Part shown: positions 45,091 to 46,499 of the stretch, in pieces | Numbering within the stretch: position 1 is the stretch's first letter | Layout: each line of letters opens with the position of its first letter | From: Akkermansia muciniphila | GTDB lineage: Bacteria; Verrucomicrobiota; Kiritimatiellia; RFP12; UBA1067 | NCBI GenBank assembly: GCA_945870145.1 | Contig: CAMBQV010000003.1 | Coordinates: 1-46,499 of the forward strand | Length of the DNA stretch: 46,499 bases | Direction of reading: 5' to 3' | Translations under genes and position numbers: made by a program | The notes under the pieces: generated by a model | Told to the model about the DNA's origin: nothing | Databases searched by the model: none | What the model saw: only the letters and a program-made list of their open reading frames with translations

Positions 45091-45722
45091 GCAAGCCCCT
45101 GTTGCGTAACCTTCTCCTCTCCGTTTCTGGTCTGTTTCTTCTCTCCAGTTGCGGAACCTACCATGTCACCTCGGGTGTTCCAGAGGAAATAAGGACCATC
45201 TCTGTTCCTGTCTTTGAAAACAAGACAGGGTTTCCAGAGTTCGGGGCGATTGCCACACAGTATACCCTGCGAGAGATTCAACGGGAGGGTACCTTTAAGA
45301 TTGCTCCCATGGAGAGTGCCTCGTTTAAATTGCTGTGTGACTTGAGTACGGTTCAGCGCGCGGTCAGCTTTAACCGCTCGTATGGCTCGCGCGCGCAGGA
45401 ATATCAATACAAGCTGATTGCTTCCGTGACCCTTGTCGAGCGGAGTACAGGAAAGCTTCTGCTGGATAATGTAAAGGTTGAAGCCGTCACATCTTTTCTA
45501 ACTCATGATGATATGTTGACTGGGATGCAGAGTTCAACGCCCCGTGTCTCAAAGGATCTCGCGCGAGCCATCGTTGACACGGTGTTGGCTTTGTGGCTCC
45601 CGAAAGAGTCGCAACCTAAGGAGATCATCCCAGCGACGGAATGGACCCCTCCAGCGGGCGCTACGATTATTACGTTTCCTCAAGATGCCGAAGATCAGTT
45701 TAAACCTCGGCCGTATAAATAA
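45087..45722 (+). CDS. lptE: LptE-family LPS assembly lipoprotein
   Basis: Lipobox LLSSC, IRTISVPVFENKT, LARAIVD. Confidence 0.8.
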   Translation: MSKPLLRNLLLSVSGLFLLSSCGTYHVTSGVPEEIRTISVPVFENKTGFPEFGAIATQYTLREIQREGTFKIAPMESASFKLLCDLSTVQRAVSFNRSYGSRAQEYQYKLIASVTLVERSTGKLLLDNVKVEAVTSFLTHDDMLTGMQSSTPRVSKDLARAIVDTVLALWLPKESQPKEIIPATEWTPPAGATIITFPQDAEDQFKPRPYK

Positions 45723-45727
45723 TCGTG

Positions 45728-46499
45728 ATGACAAAGCTGCATGACACAAAAAAGGTTGAAGCGGTTGTGTTGGCACAGGTTGTCCTCTCACAGCGTGATG
45801 CTGCAGAGGCCGCCGACTCTTTGCAAGAACTGGGACGCCTCGCGGATACTGCTGGTCTAGAAGTCCAAGGGCAGATCACGCAGCAACGCGAGAAACCAGA
45901 CGGGGGCACCTGTTTTGGCAAGGGCAAGGTGGAACATCTCAAAGCGCTTGTGGAGGAGTCGCGCTCCAATATCGTTCTCTTTGATAATGTCCTGAGTTCG
46001 ATTCAAGCTTATAATCTGACCGTGGAGTTGCCGGGGATCCGAATTATGGATCGCACAGAGGTCATCCTAGAGATCTTTGCTCGTCGGGCTCGCTCGGCTG
46101 AGGCTCAACTGCAGGTGGAACTCGCGCAGCTTGAATTTCAACTCTCCCGTATCCCGGTGACCCAGGAGCAGCAGCGGTTTAAGGGTGGCATTGGCATGAA
46201 GGGCCCAGGTGAGAGCCATCTCCAACTGCGTAACGCGCCGATTCGCCGTCGCATCGGGGAGCTCCGTAAAAGAATCGAAGAGATCCAGAATCGTCAGCAA
46301 CAGGCCCAGCGCAAAGATAAACGGGAGATGCCGGTAGTCTCCTTGGTGGGTTATACGAATGCGGGTAAATCAACCCTTCTCAATACGCTCTCGGGTGCGG
46401 ATGCGTATGTGGATGATCGTCTCTTTGCAACCTTGGATACTAAGACTCGGAAGGTCTGGCTCTCTCAGACTCGCCAACTCATGTTGACCGATACCGTTG
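45728..46499 (+). CDS. hflX: GTPase HflX (runs off the window end; absent from the ORF track)
   Basis: Manual translation: SLQELGRLADTAG, FGKGK, DRTEVILEIFARRA, QVELAQL, GPGE, LVGYTNAGKSTL, LFATLD, LTDTV. Confidence 0.96.
   Translation, partial: MTKLHDTKKVEAVVLAQVVLSQRDAAEAADSLQELGRLADTAGLEVQGQITQQREKPDGGTCFGKGKVEHLKALVEESRSNIVLFDNVLSSIQAYNLTVELPGIRIMDRTEVILEIFARRARSAEAQLQVELAQLEFQLSRIPVTQEQQRFKGGIGMKGPGESHLQLRNAPIRRRIGELRKRIEEIQNRQQQAQRKDKREMPVVSLVGYTNAGKSTLLNTLSGADAYVDDRLFATLDTKTRKVWLSQTRQLMLTDTV

Overview
Bacterial chromosomal window spanning the replication origin, probably from a PVC-superphylum organism such as Kiritimatiellota (inferred from gene content and repeat types, not from a search). 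Core genes: tRNA-Ile2/Met(CAT), PLP aminotransferase, DUF523-DUF1722, oadGAB, pheT, a MacAB-TolC-type efflux operon, M16 peptidase, dnaA-oriC-dnaN, tRNA-Gln(CTG), tex, mnmE, mnmG, pdxA, ispH, prmA, serA, a BamD-like gene, lptE and a partial hflX, plus two type II toxin-antitoxin pairs. No CRISPR, prophage, integrase or transposase was seen. Most notable: (1) an in-frame fusion of an apparently intact HNH endonuclease to IspH. (2) A DnaA with an altered recognition helix (FGKTHAT rather than FGGRDHTT), together with origin boxes that read TTATNAACA rather than TTATNCACA, in three clusters. (3) Two perfect parS sites and a repeat-derived peptide inserted in frame in mnmG. (4) A family of about 30-nt hairpin micro-elements that interrupt short tandem-repeat arrays, with filled and empty sites both visible. 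(5) A glycogen-binding CBM48 domain with a histone-H1-like tail. All family calls come from motif recognition only.
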